Positions 19,247-28,304 of a DNA stretch of 64,000 nucleotides are shown here, one piece after another (positions within the stretch are counted from its first letter, which is position 1; each line of letters opens with the position of its first letter). Both the position numbers and the translations under genes were made by a program. Source of the stretch: Bacteroidota bacterium (lineage in GTDB: Bacteria > Bacteroidota > Ignavibacteria > UBA10030 > SZUA-254); NCBI GenBank assembly GCA_036522515.1, contig DATDFQ010000024.1, forward strand, positions 43,173 to 107,172, in the 5' to 3' direction. The notes beneath the pieces were generated by a model. It was not told where the DNA came from and ran no database searches. It saw only the letters and a program-made list of their open reading frames with translations.

Positions 19247-21433
19247 ATGCCATCATACGATCTCGCATCAATCAAGGAATCCGTCGTCCGGTTCCTTGCG
19301 AAGCACCCGAACGAACTGTTCAAGTCGAGAGTCCTTGCCCGCCGGCTCTCGATGACCGGAGAGGCGGAGTACCGCCTTCTCCAGAAGGCCCTGAACGAAC
19401 TGCATATGTCGAAGACGATCCAGCGCGGCGCCCACCGGCAGTACGGCCACGGCGTGGCCCCCACGGGAGAAACCGCCCGGGGCCGCCGGATGGTCGGAAC
19501 GCTCTCGATGAATAAAAAGGGGGCGGGGTTCGTGAAACTGCTTCCGCCTCTCACGGGGGAACTCTCCATCCCCTCGAATTTCATCGGCACCGGGCTTGAC
19601 GGCGACACCGTCGCGGTCGTTCCCCTCGCGCTCGAGTCCGAGCGCCTGAAGGAGGCGGGGGCGAACGCGATCCCGGAGGGAGAAATCGTCGAAGTGATCG
19701 AACGGAGCCGCCAGCCGGTCGTGGGCGTTTTCCAGAAGAGCAGAAACTTTTTCGTGGTCGTGCCCGACAACAGGAAGGTGCCGCGGGACGTCTATATCGC
19801 CCAGGGCAAGACGAAAGGAGCCCGGCCAGGCTCGAAGGTCGTCGCCGTGATCGACGAGTGGGAATCTCCGAACGTCAACCCCGAGGGGCATGTCGTCGAG
19901 ATCCTGGGAAAATCGGGCGAGGTGGGCGCCGAGATGACCGCCGTTGCGCGCGAGTTTCAGCTTCCGCTTCACTTCCCACGCGAAGTCGACAGCGAGGCGG
20001 CTGCCATCCCGCACATCATCCCGAAAGAGGAGTATAAGAAGCGCCTCGACCTGCGAGCGTCCGATTGCATCACGATCGATCCGGAGGACGCGAAGGATTT
20101 CGACGATTCGGTTTCCATCGAGAGCCTCCCCGGAGGGAATTTCCGCGTGGGGGTGCACATCGCCGACGTGAGCCACTACGTGCGGGAGGGGTCGGTGCTG
20201 GATGCGGAGGCGCTCAAAAGGGGGACGAGCGTCTACCTGGCGGATGAGGTGATCCCGATGCTTCCCGAGCGGCTTTCAAACGACATTTGCAGCCTCCGGC
20301 CGGGCGAGGACCGCCTGACCTACTCCACGATCATGGACATCACGCCCAAAGGAACCGTCGAGAGCTACCGGATCGAGAAAAGCGTCATCCACAGCAAGCG
20401 CCGGTTCTCATACGAGGAGGTACAGAAGATTATCGAAACGCGCAGGGGCGATTTCGCCGCTCAGATCGGGCTTTTGCACGGCCTCAGCCAGACGCTTCTG
20501 AAGAAGCGTCTGAAGGAAGGAAGCATCGACTTCGAAACGGTCGAAACGAAGTTCCGGTTCGACGAGACGGGAAAGCCGGCGGAGATTCTCAAGAAAGTCC
20601 GGCTCGACGCCCATCGGCTGATCGAAGAGTTCATGCTCCTCGCCAACCAGGTGGTCGCGAAGCATATCGGGCTCGCGAAGAAGGAAGGGGATATCAACCC
20701 CTTCGTCTACCGCATCCACGATCAGCCGCCTCCCGAAAAGCTGAAGGACCTGGGATCGTTCGTCGATCATCTCGGATACAGCTTCAACCTCCATGGCGGG
20801 GTGACGAGCAAGGCGCTCCAGAAGCTGTTGAACGACGTGAAGGGGAAGGAGGAGGAAAACGTCATCAACGAAGTGGCGATCCGTTCGATGGCGAAGGCGA
20901 TCTATTCCGAAACGAACATCGGCCACTTCGGGCTCGGTTTCCGCTACTATACGCATTTCACCTCGCCCATCCGCCGTTACCCCGACCTGATCGTGCACCG
21001 TCTTCTCAGCGAATACGCGGCGAAGATGCCGCACCGGAGAAGGCTCGAGGTTGCGGAGCAGCTTCCCCAGATCTGCAAGCAGGCCTCGGACAGGGAACGC
21101 GTCGCGACGGACGCCGAGCGCGCATCGGTGAAAGTCATGCAGGTGGAGTACATGAAGCGGCACATCGGGGATGTGTTCCATGCGATCATCTCCGGGGTCA
21201 CCAATTTCGGAATGTTCGTCCAGATCGCCGACCTGCTCGTGGAGGGGCTCATCCGCATGCGCGACCTGGAGGACGATTACTACGTCTACGACGAGAAGCG
21301 TTACTCCCTCATCGGACGCCGGACGAAGAAGAGATACCGGCTGGGCGACAAGGTCACCGTGAAGGTGATCCGGGTCGATCCGGAAGAACGCCAGATGGAC
21401 TTCGCTCTGGTGGACGAGAAGCCGGGCCGCTAG
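19247..21433 (+). CDS. rnr: ribonuclease R (RNB family, C-terminal S1 domain)
   Basis: 728 aa. ...CITIDPEDAKDFDDSVSIE... RNB catalytic motifs, HTH/CSD N-terminus, C-terminal S1 (GDVFHAIISGVTNFGMFVQ...). Confidence 0.9.
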   Translation: MPSYDLASIKESVVRFLAKHPNELFKSRVLARRLSMTGEAEYRLLQKALNELHMSKTIQRGAHRQYGHGVAPTGETARGRRMVGTLSMNKKGAGFVKLLPPLTGELSIPSNFIGTGLDGDTVAVVPLALESERLKEAGANAIPEGEIVEVIERSRQPVVGVFQKSRNFFVVVPDNRKVPRDVYIAQGKTKGARPGSKVVAVIDEWESPNVNPEGHVVEILGKSGEVGAEMTAVAREFQLPLHFPREVDSEAAAIPHIIPKEEYKKRLDLRASDCITIDPEDAKDFDDSVSIESLPGGNFRVGVHIADVSHYVREGSVLDAEALKRGTSVYLADEVIPMLPERLSNDICSLRPGEDRLTYSTIMDITPKGTVESYRIEKSVIHSKRRFSYEEVQKIIETRRGDFAAQIGLLHGLSQTLLKKRLKEGSIDFETVETKFRFDETGKPAEILKKVRLDAHRLIEEFMLLANQVVAKHIGLAKKEGDINPFVYRIHDQPPPEKLKDLGSFVDHLGYSFNLHGGVTSKALQKLLNDVKGKEEENVINEVAIRSMAKAIYSETNIGHFGLGFRYYTHFTSPIRRYPDLIVHRLLSEYAAKMPHRRRLEVAEQLPQICKQASDRERVATDAERASVKVMQVEYMKRHIGDVFHAIISGVTNFGMFVQIADLLVEGLIRMRDLEDDYYVYDEKRYSLIGRRTKKRYRLGDKVTVKVIRVDPEERQMDFALVDEKPGR

Positions 21434-21437
21434 CCGC

Positions 21438-22082
21438 GTGGAATTCCTACATACAGTCGTCGATTTTCTCCTCCACCTCGACGTCCATCTCAACGAGCTG
21501 ATCGCCGCCTACGGGCTCTGGACGTACGGGATTTTGTTCGCGATCATCTTCAGCGAAACCGGGCTGGTGGTGGCGCCTTTTCTCCCGGGAGACTCGCTTC
21601 TCTTTGCGGCGGGGGCGATCTCGGCCACCGGGGGCCTCGATCCGTTCTGGCTGTTCATGGCGCTTTCGGCCGCCGCGATCGCGGGAAATACGACGAACTA
21701 CTGGATCGGTTACCTGGTCGGGCCCACCCTCCAGCAGAAACGAACAATCCGCTGGATCAACATGGCCTACCTGGAGAAGGCCCGCCGGTTCTTCGAACAA
21801 TACGGCGCCAAGACCATCGTCTTCGCGAGGTTCCTGCCGATCATCCGGACGTTCGCACCGTTCGTCGCCGGGATCGCCTCGATGAAATACGGCCGCTTCA
21901 TGACGTACAACATTGCGGCGGGGATAGCGTGGGTGGGTTTGTTTGTGTGGGGCGGGTACCTGTTCGGGAACATACCCGTCATCAAGAATAATTTTTCCCT
22001 GGTGATCGCCGCCATCATCGTGGTCTCGACGATCCCGGCGGTGGTGGAGTACCTGAAGCACCGGAGGGAGAGGAAGAAGTAG
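21438..22082 (+). CDS. DedA-family inner-membrane protein
   Basis: YGLWTYGILFAIIFSETGLVVAPFLPGDSLLFAAG... DedA/SNARE-associated signature; 214 aa with multiple TM helices. Confidence 0.8.
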   Translation: MEFLHTVVDFLLHLDVHLNELIAAYGLWTYGILFAIIFSETGLVVAPFLPGDSLLFAAGAISATGGLDPFWLFMALSAAAIAGNTTNYWIGYLVGPTLQQKRTIRWINMAYLEKARRFFEQYGAKTIVFARFLPIIRTFAPFVAGIASMKYGRFMTYNIAAGIAWVGLFVWGGYLFGNIPVIKNNFSLVIAAIIVVSTIPAVVEYLKHRRERKK

Positions 22083-22084
22083 TT

Positions 22085-22170
22085 GTCATCCTGAGGGAGC
22101 GTAGCGACCGAAGGATCCCGTTCGTTCGGCCGGGAAGATCCTTCGCTTCGCTCAGGATGACAAGGGAGGC
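22085..22170. repeat. D-family inverted pair (GTCATCCTGAG...GAAGGATC / GATCCTTCGCTTCGCTCAGGATGAC); the 'VILSEAKDL'-type element
   Basis: gtcatcctgagggagcgtagcgaccgaaggatc ... gatccttcgcttcgctcaggatgacaa. The ORF at 22015..22209 (…VILSEAKDL…) is its translation artefact. Confidence 0.8.
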
Positions 22171-22171
22171 A

Positions 22172-22549
22172 TCAGGATGACATTGTCGACTTCCACACCC
22201 CGTACGCAATCCAGATCCAGCCTCCGAGAAAGCAGAGACCTCCGAACGGGGTGATGATTCCCAGCGACCTGCTTCCCGTCACGCTCATCGCGTAGAGGCT
22301 CCCCGAGAAAAGAATAATCCCCGCCACGAAGAGCCATCCCGCCGCGTCCATATTCGATCCCGGGAACTGCGAACCCACCCATGCGACGACGAAGAGGGCG
22401 AGCGAGTGATAGAGGTGGTAGCGGACTCCCACTTCGAAGACGGCGAGCATATCGGCGGGAAGCTTCTCCTTGAGCGCGTGCGCGGCAAACGCCCCGAGCG
22501 CCACCGCGAGGAAGGCGGACAACGACCCGAGGATGAGGAAGGTTTTCAT
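22172..22549 (-). CDS. DUF423 (YgdD-like) small membrane protein
   Basis: MKTFLILGSLSAFLAVALGAFAAH...HLYHSLALFVVAWV... four TM helices. ATG at 22549 with GGAGG upstream. 4-nt overlap with the queF stop. Confidence 0.7.
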   Translation of the reverse strand: MKTFLILGSLSAFLAVALGAFAAHALKEKLPADMLAVFEVGVRYHLYHSLALFVVAWVGSQFPGSNMDAAGWLFVAGIILFSGSLYAMSVTGSRSLGIITPFGGLCFLGGWIWIAYGVWKSTMSS

Positions 22550-22995
22550 CCTCCCTTCCTCCCCGTTTCCGCGGTCGCGATCGAATGGACCCCTCCGCGG
22601 ATCCTGTAATCGGCGACGACCTCCATCCACTTCGGTTTGCAGCAAGCCGCAAGATCGTTCAGGATCCTGTTGACAACGTGCTCCTGGAAGATGCCGACAT
22701 TGCGGTACGAGAGGAGGTAATATTTCACCGAACGCAGCTCCAGCAGGCGCGTGCCCGGGATGTAATTGATCCGGACTGTCGCGAAGTCGGGCAGGCCGGA
22801 ATAAGGGCAGACCGCCGTAAATTCGTCGGTGTCGATGTTGACGACGATCCTTCTCCCGGGGTATTCGTAGGGAAACGTCTCGAGAACCGCGACATCGATC
22901 GCGGCGACATCCTGGACGTCGTACCGCCGGTCGAGTCCGCGAAACGGACCGCGATTTGCGGGCGGGGTTTTCCGGGGGCGGCTATTTTTCGGCAT
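22546..22995 (-). CDS. queF: NADPH-dependent 7-cyano-7-deazaguanine reductase (QueF, type I)
   Basis: ...TAVCPYSGLPDFATVRINYIPG..LLELRSVKYYLLSYRN.GIFQEHVVNRI matches the QueF tunnel-fold motifs (catalytic Cys, E/S-K-S-L-K-like segment). Confidence 0.8.
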   Translation of the reverse strand: MPKNSRPRKTPPANRGPFRGLDRRYDVQDVAAIDVAVLETFPYEYPGRRIVVNIDTDEFTAVCPYSGLPDFATVRINYIPGTRLLELRSVKYYLLSYRNVGIFQEHVVNRILNDLAACCKPKWMEVVADYRIRGGVHSIATAETGRKGG

Positions 22996-23049
22996 CCTTT
23001 TTTATCACTCTGTTCGGTTATGAATGCGACCAATATAACAGAATTCCGG

Positions 23050-24423
23050 TCAAAATCCGACGATGTCGCTCAATCCGGTGCGAAGCGCGTACCACGCGAA
23101 GGCGAGAAACGCCTCGTCTTTTTTCCTCTCGTACTTTACCCTGCCGATCTTCATAGAGCCCGATTCATCCGGCAGATTGGTCGTCCGCAGCTTTATGTTA
23201 TTCCCGATGAATGAGACGATCTTATTTCCTACGCCTCCTTCGTCCCCCGTGCGGTCCGAGATTGCGGCGATTTTCAGGTCCTTATAGATTGCGGTGACCG
23301 TGCCTCTCGCCCTTCCCGCCTCCGAATCGATATCGAACGTCGAGCCATGGAGGATTCCGGTCTTGAGCCTCTTCTGTTCGGAGATTTCGATGAACGGATT
23401 GAAATCGCTCAGCTCCATTTTGCCGAGGCGGCCCGAGTAATGGAACGAGAACCCCGGGGATGCGATGGGCATCGAAATACTCACATCGAGCCGGCCTGCG
23501 TTCATCAGCCGTCCGTCGGCCTGAAGGGTCGCGGTGTCCTGGCCTCCCTTTCCTTCGATCCATGCCAGTGTAAGTTGAGTGTCCTCGAGGGTCAAGATGG
23601 CGGGCTTCGAACCGGGTTGATACCGCTCCCCGTACTTCAAATGCCCGTTCGCGAGGTGGAGACTGTCGACTTGAAACGTCTTCCGTATCGAAGAGAGAAT
23701 CTCATTTGGCGGGCTTGCGATTTCAGTCTCGGCGGGCCTGTCCCTGTTGATGAGGACGTCGAGGGAGCCCGATTCGATGTACGCCGTCCGCGTGCACCGG
23801 ACTTCTCCTTCCAGAAGCCGGAGGCAGGCCGAGCCCATGACGTTGCACCTCGGGAGGAGAAGGCGGTAACGGGTTCTCCTCGTCTTGCTCGATGCGAAGA
23901 ACTCCTCGTCGCTTCCGAGCGGACGATACTCGAGCTTTTCGAGGACCACCACCGAGTCCGGGACCGACACGCGAATGCGGTCGCAACTCAGCTTGTATCC
24001 CGACATCGGAAAGATCATCAGAATTCGTTCCACCCCCGCCGTGGAGCTCACGAGGTTGTCCGGAGCGACCCCCCCGCCCCAGAGGAGCTGTCTCCTGGTG
24101 ATCCCGGCCACAAAAAACCTGCCGACGCTGCAGGAAATGGTGGAATCACGCTTCCCGATCAGGACGGAATCGCATTCGAGGCGATTGTTCAGAAGGGAGT
24201 AATGCAGCTTGCCGATCGCCAGCGTGTAATCCGGATAGGCCTCGTCAAAAGCACGGATGATCCGGCGGGCGACAAAACCGTCGAGATAGGCGTCCGGCAC
24301 GAAAAGAAAAATCGACATGCAGACGAGTGCGACCCCCGCGACGGCGATACCCGCGTACCAAGCGACCTTCCGGGCAAACGGTGTTTTCGGGAATGATTTC
24401 AGCGGCATACTGATCCCGTGCAC
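23050..24423 (-). CDS. hypothetical membrane-anchored protein (single N-terminal TM, large periplasmic beta-rich domain; possibly AsmA-like or DUF748-like)
   Basis: 457 aa. TM VAWYAGIAVAGVALVCMSIFLFV. No motif I can assign with confidence. GTG or downstream ATG (MPLKSF) start. Confidence 0.5.
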   Translation of the reverse strand: MHGISMPLKSFPKTPFARKVAWYAGIAVAGVALVCMSIFLFVPDAYLDGFVARRIIRAFDEAYPDYTLAIGKLHYSLLNNRLECDSVLIGKRDSTISCSVGRFFVAGITRRQLLWGGGVAPDNLVSSTAGVERILMIFPMSGYKLSCDRIRVSVPDSVVVLEKLEYRPLGSDEEFFASSKTRRTRYRLLLPRCNVMGSACLRLLEGEVRCTRTAYIESGSLDVLINRDRPAETEIASPPNEILSSIRKTFQVDSLHLANGHLKYGERYQPGSKPAILTLEDTQLTLAWIEGKGGQDTATLQADGRLMNAGRLDVSISMPIASPGFSFHYSGRLGKMELSDFNPFIEISEQKRLKTGILHGSTFDIDSEAGRARGTVTAIYKDLKIAAISDRTGDEGGVGNKIVSFIGNNIKLRTTNLPDESGSMKIGRVKYERKKDEAFLAFAWYALRTGLSDIVGF

Positions 24424-24456
24424 GGGGGAACCGCCGCGCTCGTCATGGCCCGGCCT

Positions 24457-24879
24457 CTATGGGGTCTTTTTCTCCCCCTCGTTCTTGTCGTCATCGTCCT
24501 TCAAGCCCTCGCCGACTCTATGGGCCACCTTTTTTGTTTTTTTCCAACCCTTCTTGGCAGCTTTCTCCGTCCACTTCGCGCCTTTCTTGACGCCTTTTTT
24601 CCCTTCATGGTACGCCGACTTCGCCCCCTCCTTCGTTTTCTCCCAGCCCTTCTCAGTTCCCTCCACGCCCTTGTTGGTTACTTCCTTTGTCTTCTCCCAA
24701 CCCTCCTTTGTTCCCTCCTTCGTTTTCTGCCACCCTTCCTTTGTCCCCTCCTTTCCCTTCTCCAATGCTCTGGCGGCTTTTGCCACGGCCGTGTCCTGCT
24801 TCGATTGGCTCATGCCGAATGCCGGAGTCAGATAGAGGAAGACTGCCAGCCCGATGAGATAGCTTGATTGCTTGATCAT
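24457..24879 (-). CDS. small secreted Lys/Glu-rich protein made of ~7 tandem 11-residue KTKEG-type repeats (alpha-synuclein / LEA / apolipoprotein-like amphipathic 11-mers)
   Basis: Signal peptide MIKQSSYLIGLAVFLYLTPAFG with AGGAGA SD 7 nt upstream. Then TKEGWQKTKEG|TKEGWEKTKEV|TNKGVEGTEKG|WEKTKEGAKSA|YHEGKKGVKKG|AKWTEKAAKKG|WKKTKK. The plus-strand ORFs 24317..24835 and 24418..24867 are artefacts of the repeat. Confidence 0.55.
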   Translation of the reverse strand: MIKQSSYLIGLAVFLYLTPAFGMSQSKQDTAVAKAARALEKGKEGTKEGWQKTKEGTKEGWEKTKEVTNKGVEGTEKGWEKTKEGAKSAYHEGKKGVKKGAKWTEKAAKKGWKKTKKVAHRVGEGLKDDDDKNEGEKKTP

Positions 24880-24941
24880 GTGCGCTTCTCCTTTCTGTCG
24901 GTAATGGTGATTGAGTTGAAACAGAGATTGCATTGCGTACC

Positions 24942-25757
24942 TCAATTGATAATTATTCTCAGCGTGAGCGGATACGGGGAAGACAACCCGATGCGGCTCT
25001 CCTGCTGTTCATGAAGGTCGACCACCCATGTCGCGACGAAAAATCCGACCGCCGCGCCGAGGAGATTGTCGGACACCCAGTGCTGGTCCTGATAGATCCT
25101 GGAGACCGGAGTGAGGACGGCGGGCAGATAGACCAGAATCTTCAGCCAGAGCGGATGAACGTTCCTTGAAATGACGGTCGAGAGCGTGAATGCGACTGTG
25201 GCGTGCCCGCTTGAAAGCGAATGATAGTCGTCGTCAGAAATCGAGAAGGGATGATAGCTCCCGGCGCCCTCGCCGGTGTACGGTCTCGCCCTTCCGAACG
25301 CAAACTTCATCGTGTAGGTGATTGCCGCGGCATAGAGGGAGGCCTGGCCGATCTCATAGCCGATTTTTCGCGTCCCGATGTCGTCTTCGACCAGAGAATG
25401 GATTGCAAAACCCGTGAAGAGCGCGATCGGCATGTAGACCTCGCCCCAGACTCTGCCGGCCTCGATCGGAGCGCTGTTGTAATATCTCTGATCTCTCAGA
25501 ACCCCGTCGCGGATGGGTTGGTCCGCCGCCATTGCGAGAATCGTCGCGGCGCCCGTCAATCCGAATTTGAGCCAGTCCGTTCCCTTCCAGCGAAGAGGCT
25601 GCGTGAAGAAGATCTGCGATTCGGCGCCGAACTGGGGAAAGTCGTACTTGTTCTGAGCATGGAGGGCCGATTGACAGGCAACCACGATGGAGACCGTCAA
25701 CCAGAACTTGCGCCGGAAGGATCGGGAGCGGGGCTTCGAGGACGAGGCGACAATCAT
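24942..25757 (-). CDS. PAP2-family (type 2 phosphatidic acid phosphatase-like) membrane phosphatase
   Basis: KFAFGRARPY / LSSGHAT / VSRIYQDQHWVSD correspond to the three PAP2 signature motifs (KxxxxxxRP, SGH, SRxxxxxHxxxD). Start overlaps the upstream stop (ATGA). Confidence 0.8.
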   Translation of the reverse strand: MIVASSSKPRSRSFRRKFWLTVSIVVACQSALHAQNKYDFPQFGAESQIFFTQPLRWKGTDWLKFGLTGAATILAMAADQPIRDGVLRDQRYYNSAPIEAGRVWGEVYMPIALFTGFAIHSLVEDDIGTRKIGYEIGQASLYAAAITYTMKFAFGRARPYTGEGAGSYHPFSISDDDYHSLSSGHATVAFTLSTVISRNVHPLWLKILVYLPAVLTPVSRIYQDQHWVSDNLLGAAVGFFVATWVVDLHEQQESRIGLSSPYPLTLRIIIN

Positions 25758-27265
25758 TCCGTGATTCCGAAGTTCTCCAGGTTGAGCATCACGTACACCT
25801 TCTCCTCGGAGTGGACCGAAAAGAATCCGGGAAACTCGTCGAAGTCGGCTGTTCGATGGTACAGGAGGTATTCAAATCCCGCGCTGATATTTCTGTGAAG
25901 CAGGACCGTGAGTCTCGGCTTGAAGATGCCGATCAGATTATTTCCGGACGCTCCGACGTAGGTATGGATCCAATATAAGAAATAGTCCGTTGTGAGGCTT
26001 CCCCACCCCAGGTCGAGAATATTCTCGACCTTCGCCTGCATGCCGCCTCCGTACACATACCGTCTGTCGCCGACATTGACATAGGGGGAGCTGACCGCTC
26101 CCAACGGTATGACCGCAAGATGGAGGGCCGATTCCAGCCGGGAGTTCATCATGAACGGCAACTGCGACATGATTCCTCCCCCGAAACCGAACGAGCTCAC
26201 CTGGTAGGTGGTATTATTCCAGTAGTCAAAATGCTGGAACCCCCCGGCGATGATATTGAGATGCCCCGCCCGTGTGTTCGATCCGAACAGGAGTCCATAT
26301 CCGATGATATTGTCGATCAGCGTCGGACCCGGCCCGAAGTCCATGTCGAATCGAAGCTTGAAGAAATCAAACGGCTTCCTCGACCTGAGTTCAAACGGAT
26401 TTCCGTACACGAATTGGGCGGTCGTGGTCAGGTTCGTGATTCCCGTTCCGAAGATGGACCCCACATCGATGTTATGCGCCCCGAGGGAAAAGGTGACGTT
26501 CAGGGGCTCTTTCTGGTAGACCTCTTTCGAGCTCAACCGGAACAATCTTCCCTCGGTCAGCCTGCTGAATCCCCTTCTCGGGTTGATCACCGTCCCGAGC
26601 AACTCGCGAAAGAACCTCGCCGCCCCCGTCGCCCGGTCGTCCAGAATATTCGAACTCAACCGGTAGAGCACTTCTCCCCCGAACGCGCCGCTCACCGTCG
26701 TGTTGATCAGGTCATTATACGACGGCTGCGTATTCTCTCCGACCATCTCCCACATCAGACTGCTCCCGAATGCGAAAGGGACAGATTCGTAGAAACCATA
26801 CCCGTTCGCCCGGCCGCCGGTAAACGCCATCGCCCCGCCGTACGGATGGAAAAAGTGGTTCATCTCGAATCCGTCCGAATCCCATTCGAACCCCTCCTGG
26901 AAGTTCTTTCTCCAGGATTGAAACCCGACCCTCGAGTAATCGGCATTTGAGATATACCTGTCCACCGCCCATGTGAAGACGTTGCCTCCGACCACCCCGA
27001 GAACAGGAATCCACACCGGGGATCGCGGGTTGGCCGCCGGATCGTCGTCGAGGAGGTCTCCATAGATATTTGAGACCGCGGGGTCCCTGTACGATACGTT
27101 CGGAGGCTTCGTGCTGACTCCCTCCGTATGCTGGGGAAGAGTGTCCGGCCGCGCGGCCGAAGGCGCGGTCACGCCGGAGCCCGCGCCACGGTTCTGCGCT
27201 CTCCCCGGGTGAACGGCGAGGAACACGACGAGAGAGACGATCGGATAAGTGGAATGCCTCGTAAT
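25754..27265 (-). CDS. DUF3943-like outer-membrane protein; start codon not resolved
   Basis: About 500 aa, beta-rich with an aromatic C-terminus, signal-like IVSLVVFLAVHPGRAQ. There is no in-frame ATG between the signal peptide and the upstream small gene; the ORF-track start at 27388 would overlap the convergent-frame gene 27268..27423. A non-canonical start or sequencing/frameshift issue is possible. Confidence 0.5.
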   Translation of the reverse strand: MTRHSTYPIVSLVVFLAVHPGRAQNRGAGSGVTAPSAARPDTLPQHTEGVSTKPPNVSYRDPAVSNIYGDLLDDDPAANPRSPVWIPVLGVVGGNVFTWAVDRYISNADYSRVGFQSWRKNFQEGFEWDSDGFEMNHFFHPYGGAMAFTGGRANGYGFYESVPFAFGSSLMWEMVGENTQPSYNDLINTTVSGAFGGEVLYRLSSNILDDRATGAARFFRELLGTVINPRRGFSRLTEGRLFRLSSKEVYQKEPLNVTFSLGAHNIDVGSIFGTGITNLTTTAQFVYGNPFELRSRKPFDFFKLRFDMDFGPGPTLIDNIIGYGLLFGSNTRAGHLNIIAGGFQHFDYWNNTTYQVSSFGFGGGIMSQLPFMMNSRLESALHLAVIPLGAVSSPYVNVGDRRYVYGGGMQAKVENILDLGWGSLTTDYFLYWIHTYVGASGNNLIGIFKPRLTVLLHRNISAGFEYLLYHRTADFDEFPGFFSVHSEEKVYVMLNLENFGITE

Positions 27266-27267
27266 TT

Positions 27268-27423
27268 TTATTTCCCGATCGGGTTGCGTCCCTGAATCAC
27301 TCTGACCAGGACGATCACGATGGCAATGACAAGAAGGATGTGGATGAAACCGCCCATCGTGTAGGAGCTGATGAACCCGAGGAGCCACAATACGATCAAA
27401 ACGAAGGCGATTGTGTATAACAT
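27268..27423 (-). CDS. lmo0937/DUF1328-family small membrane protein (about 52 aa)
   Basis: MLYTIAFVLIVLWLLGFISSYTMGGFIHILLVIAIVIVLVRVIQGRNP. Two TM helices with a GG..H..LLVIAI motif typical of this family. Start chosen at MLYT. Confidence 0.55.
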   Translation of the reverse strand: MLYTIAFVLIVLWLLGFISSYTMGGFIHILLVIAIVIVLVRVIQGRNPIGK

Positions 27424-27864
27424 AGGGGCACTCCTTTCTGCCGGAAGGCGTAAAGATCGGATTACGGATTTCACCAAACGCCGGGCATCTGCCGAACCCC
27501 CTACCATAATATACGACTTTGCCCCTCCGAGAATCAATCCCTTTTGAATGCAGGATCGCCTGCGCGGGTCGGGAAATCCCCGAAATTATGCTACAATTCT
27601 ATTAAATGAAATTAATGCCTCGCTATTCATCCGGGTATGATCCTTATTGGTATGTCAGCTCACGGTGACCGGGATTCGCGCCATCCCAAGGGCGATGTTC
27701 ACCGAGGATGTTTGGTCAATCAACGTTCGCTGCACTCCTACCCGGTTCGATTTCGTTCCTTCGCCTTTTCGCTGTTCCTCAGTTTGGTAAGCCGTCATAT
27801 TGATTGGTTCGATAGCAGGTAACGTAGAGCGGCCGTCAGAACACATCATGAAAAGGAGATCATT

Positions 27865-28137
27865 ATGTCAGTACTCTTAATCACATACGATTACGCAAGC
27901 CAGGGCGCAAAGACTGAATCCGTCCTTAACATCGTTAATCAATACAAGCATATTCAGCTTGCCGAAGGTTCCTATGCCATCGAAACGGATGAAAAGACAC
28001 GGACGATTTTCAATAAGATCCTCCCGTTCCTGAGCAAGAACGTTCACCTCCTCGTCGTAACACTCATCAAACCTTTCGCCGGACCTGTCCTTGCTCCTGT
28101 GAGCGAGTGGCTCACGAAGCATCTTCCAGAAGATTGA
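27865..28137 (+). CDS. hypothetical 90-aa protein, no recognisable family
   Basis: Strong SD (AAAGGAGAT) 5 nt upstream of the ATG, inside a 440-bp AT-richer non-coding leader. Moderate-GC coding sequence. No homolog recalled. Confidence 0.45.
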   Translation: MSVLLITYDYASQGAKTESVLNIVNQYKHIQLAEGSYAIETDEKTRTIFNKILPFLSKNVHLLVVTLIKPFAGPVLAPVSEWLTKHLPED

Positions 28138-28304
28138 GTGGGTGGGAGCCGCCACGGCTCCCACTATTATTCTCGATTTGCCGCGCCGGTGGCCGATTTA
28201 CCCGTTTTTGAGGCATGACGCCCGATACCGCCTTATTGACATTAGGAGGTCATTTCTCTATATTTTGCCTGTTTCTTATTAGTCCACGACGAGAGGGTGA
28301 TTTG

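Noticed and set aside
24317-24867. Plus-strand ORFs (172 aa and 149 aa) overlapping the KTKEG-repeat gene
   Set aside because: Produced by the repeat DNA read in other frames (FVF/SQP/PSF low-complexity). The minus-strand ORF has a signal peptide, SD site and coherent 11-mer periodicity.
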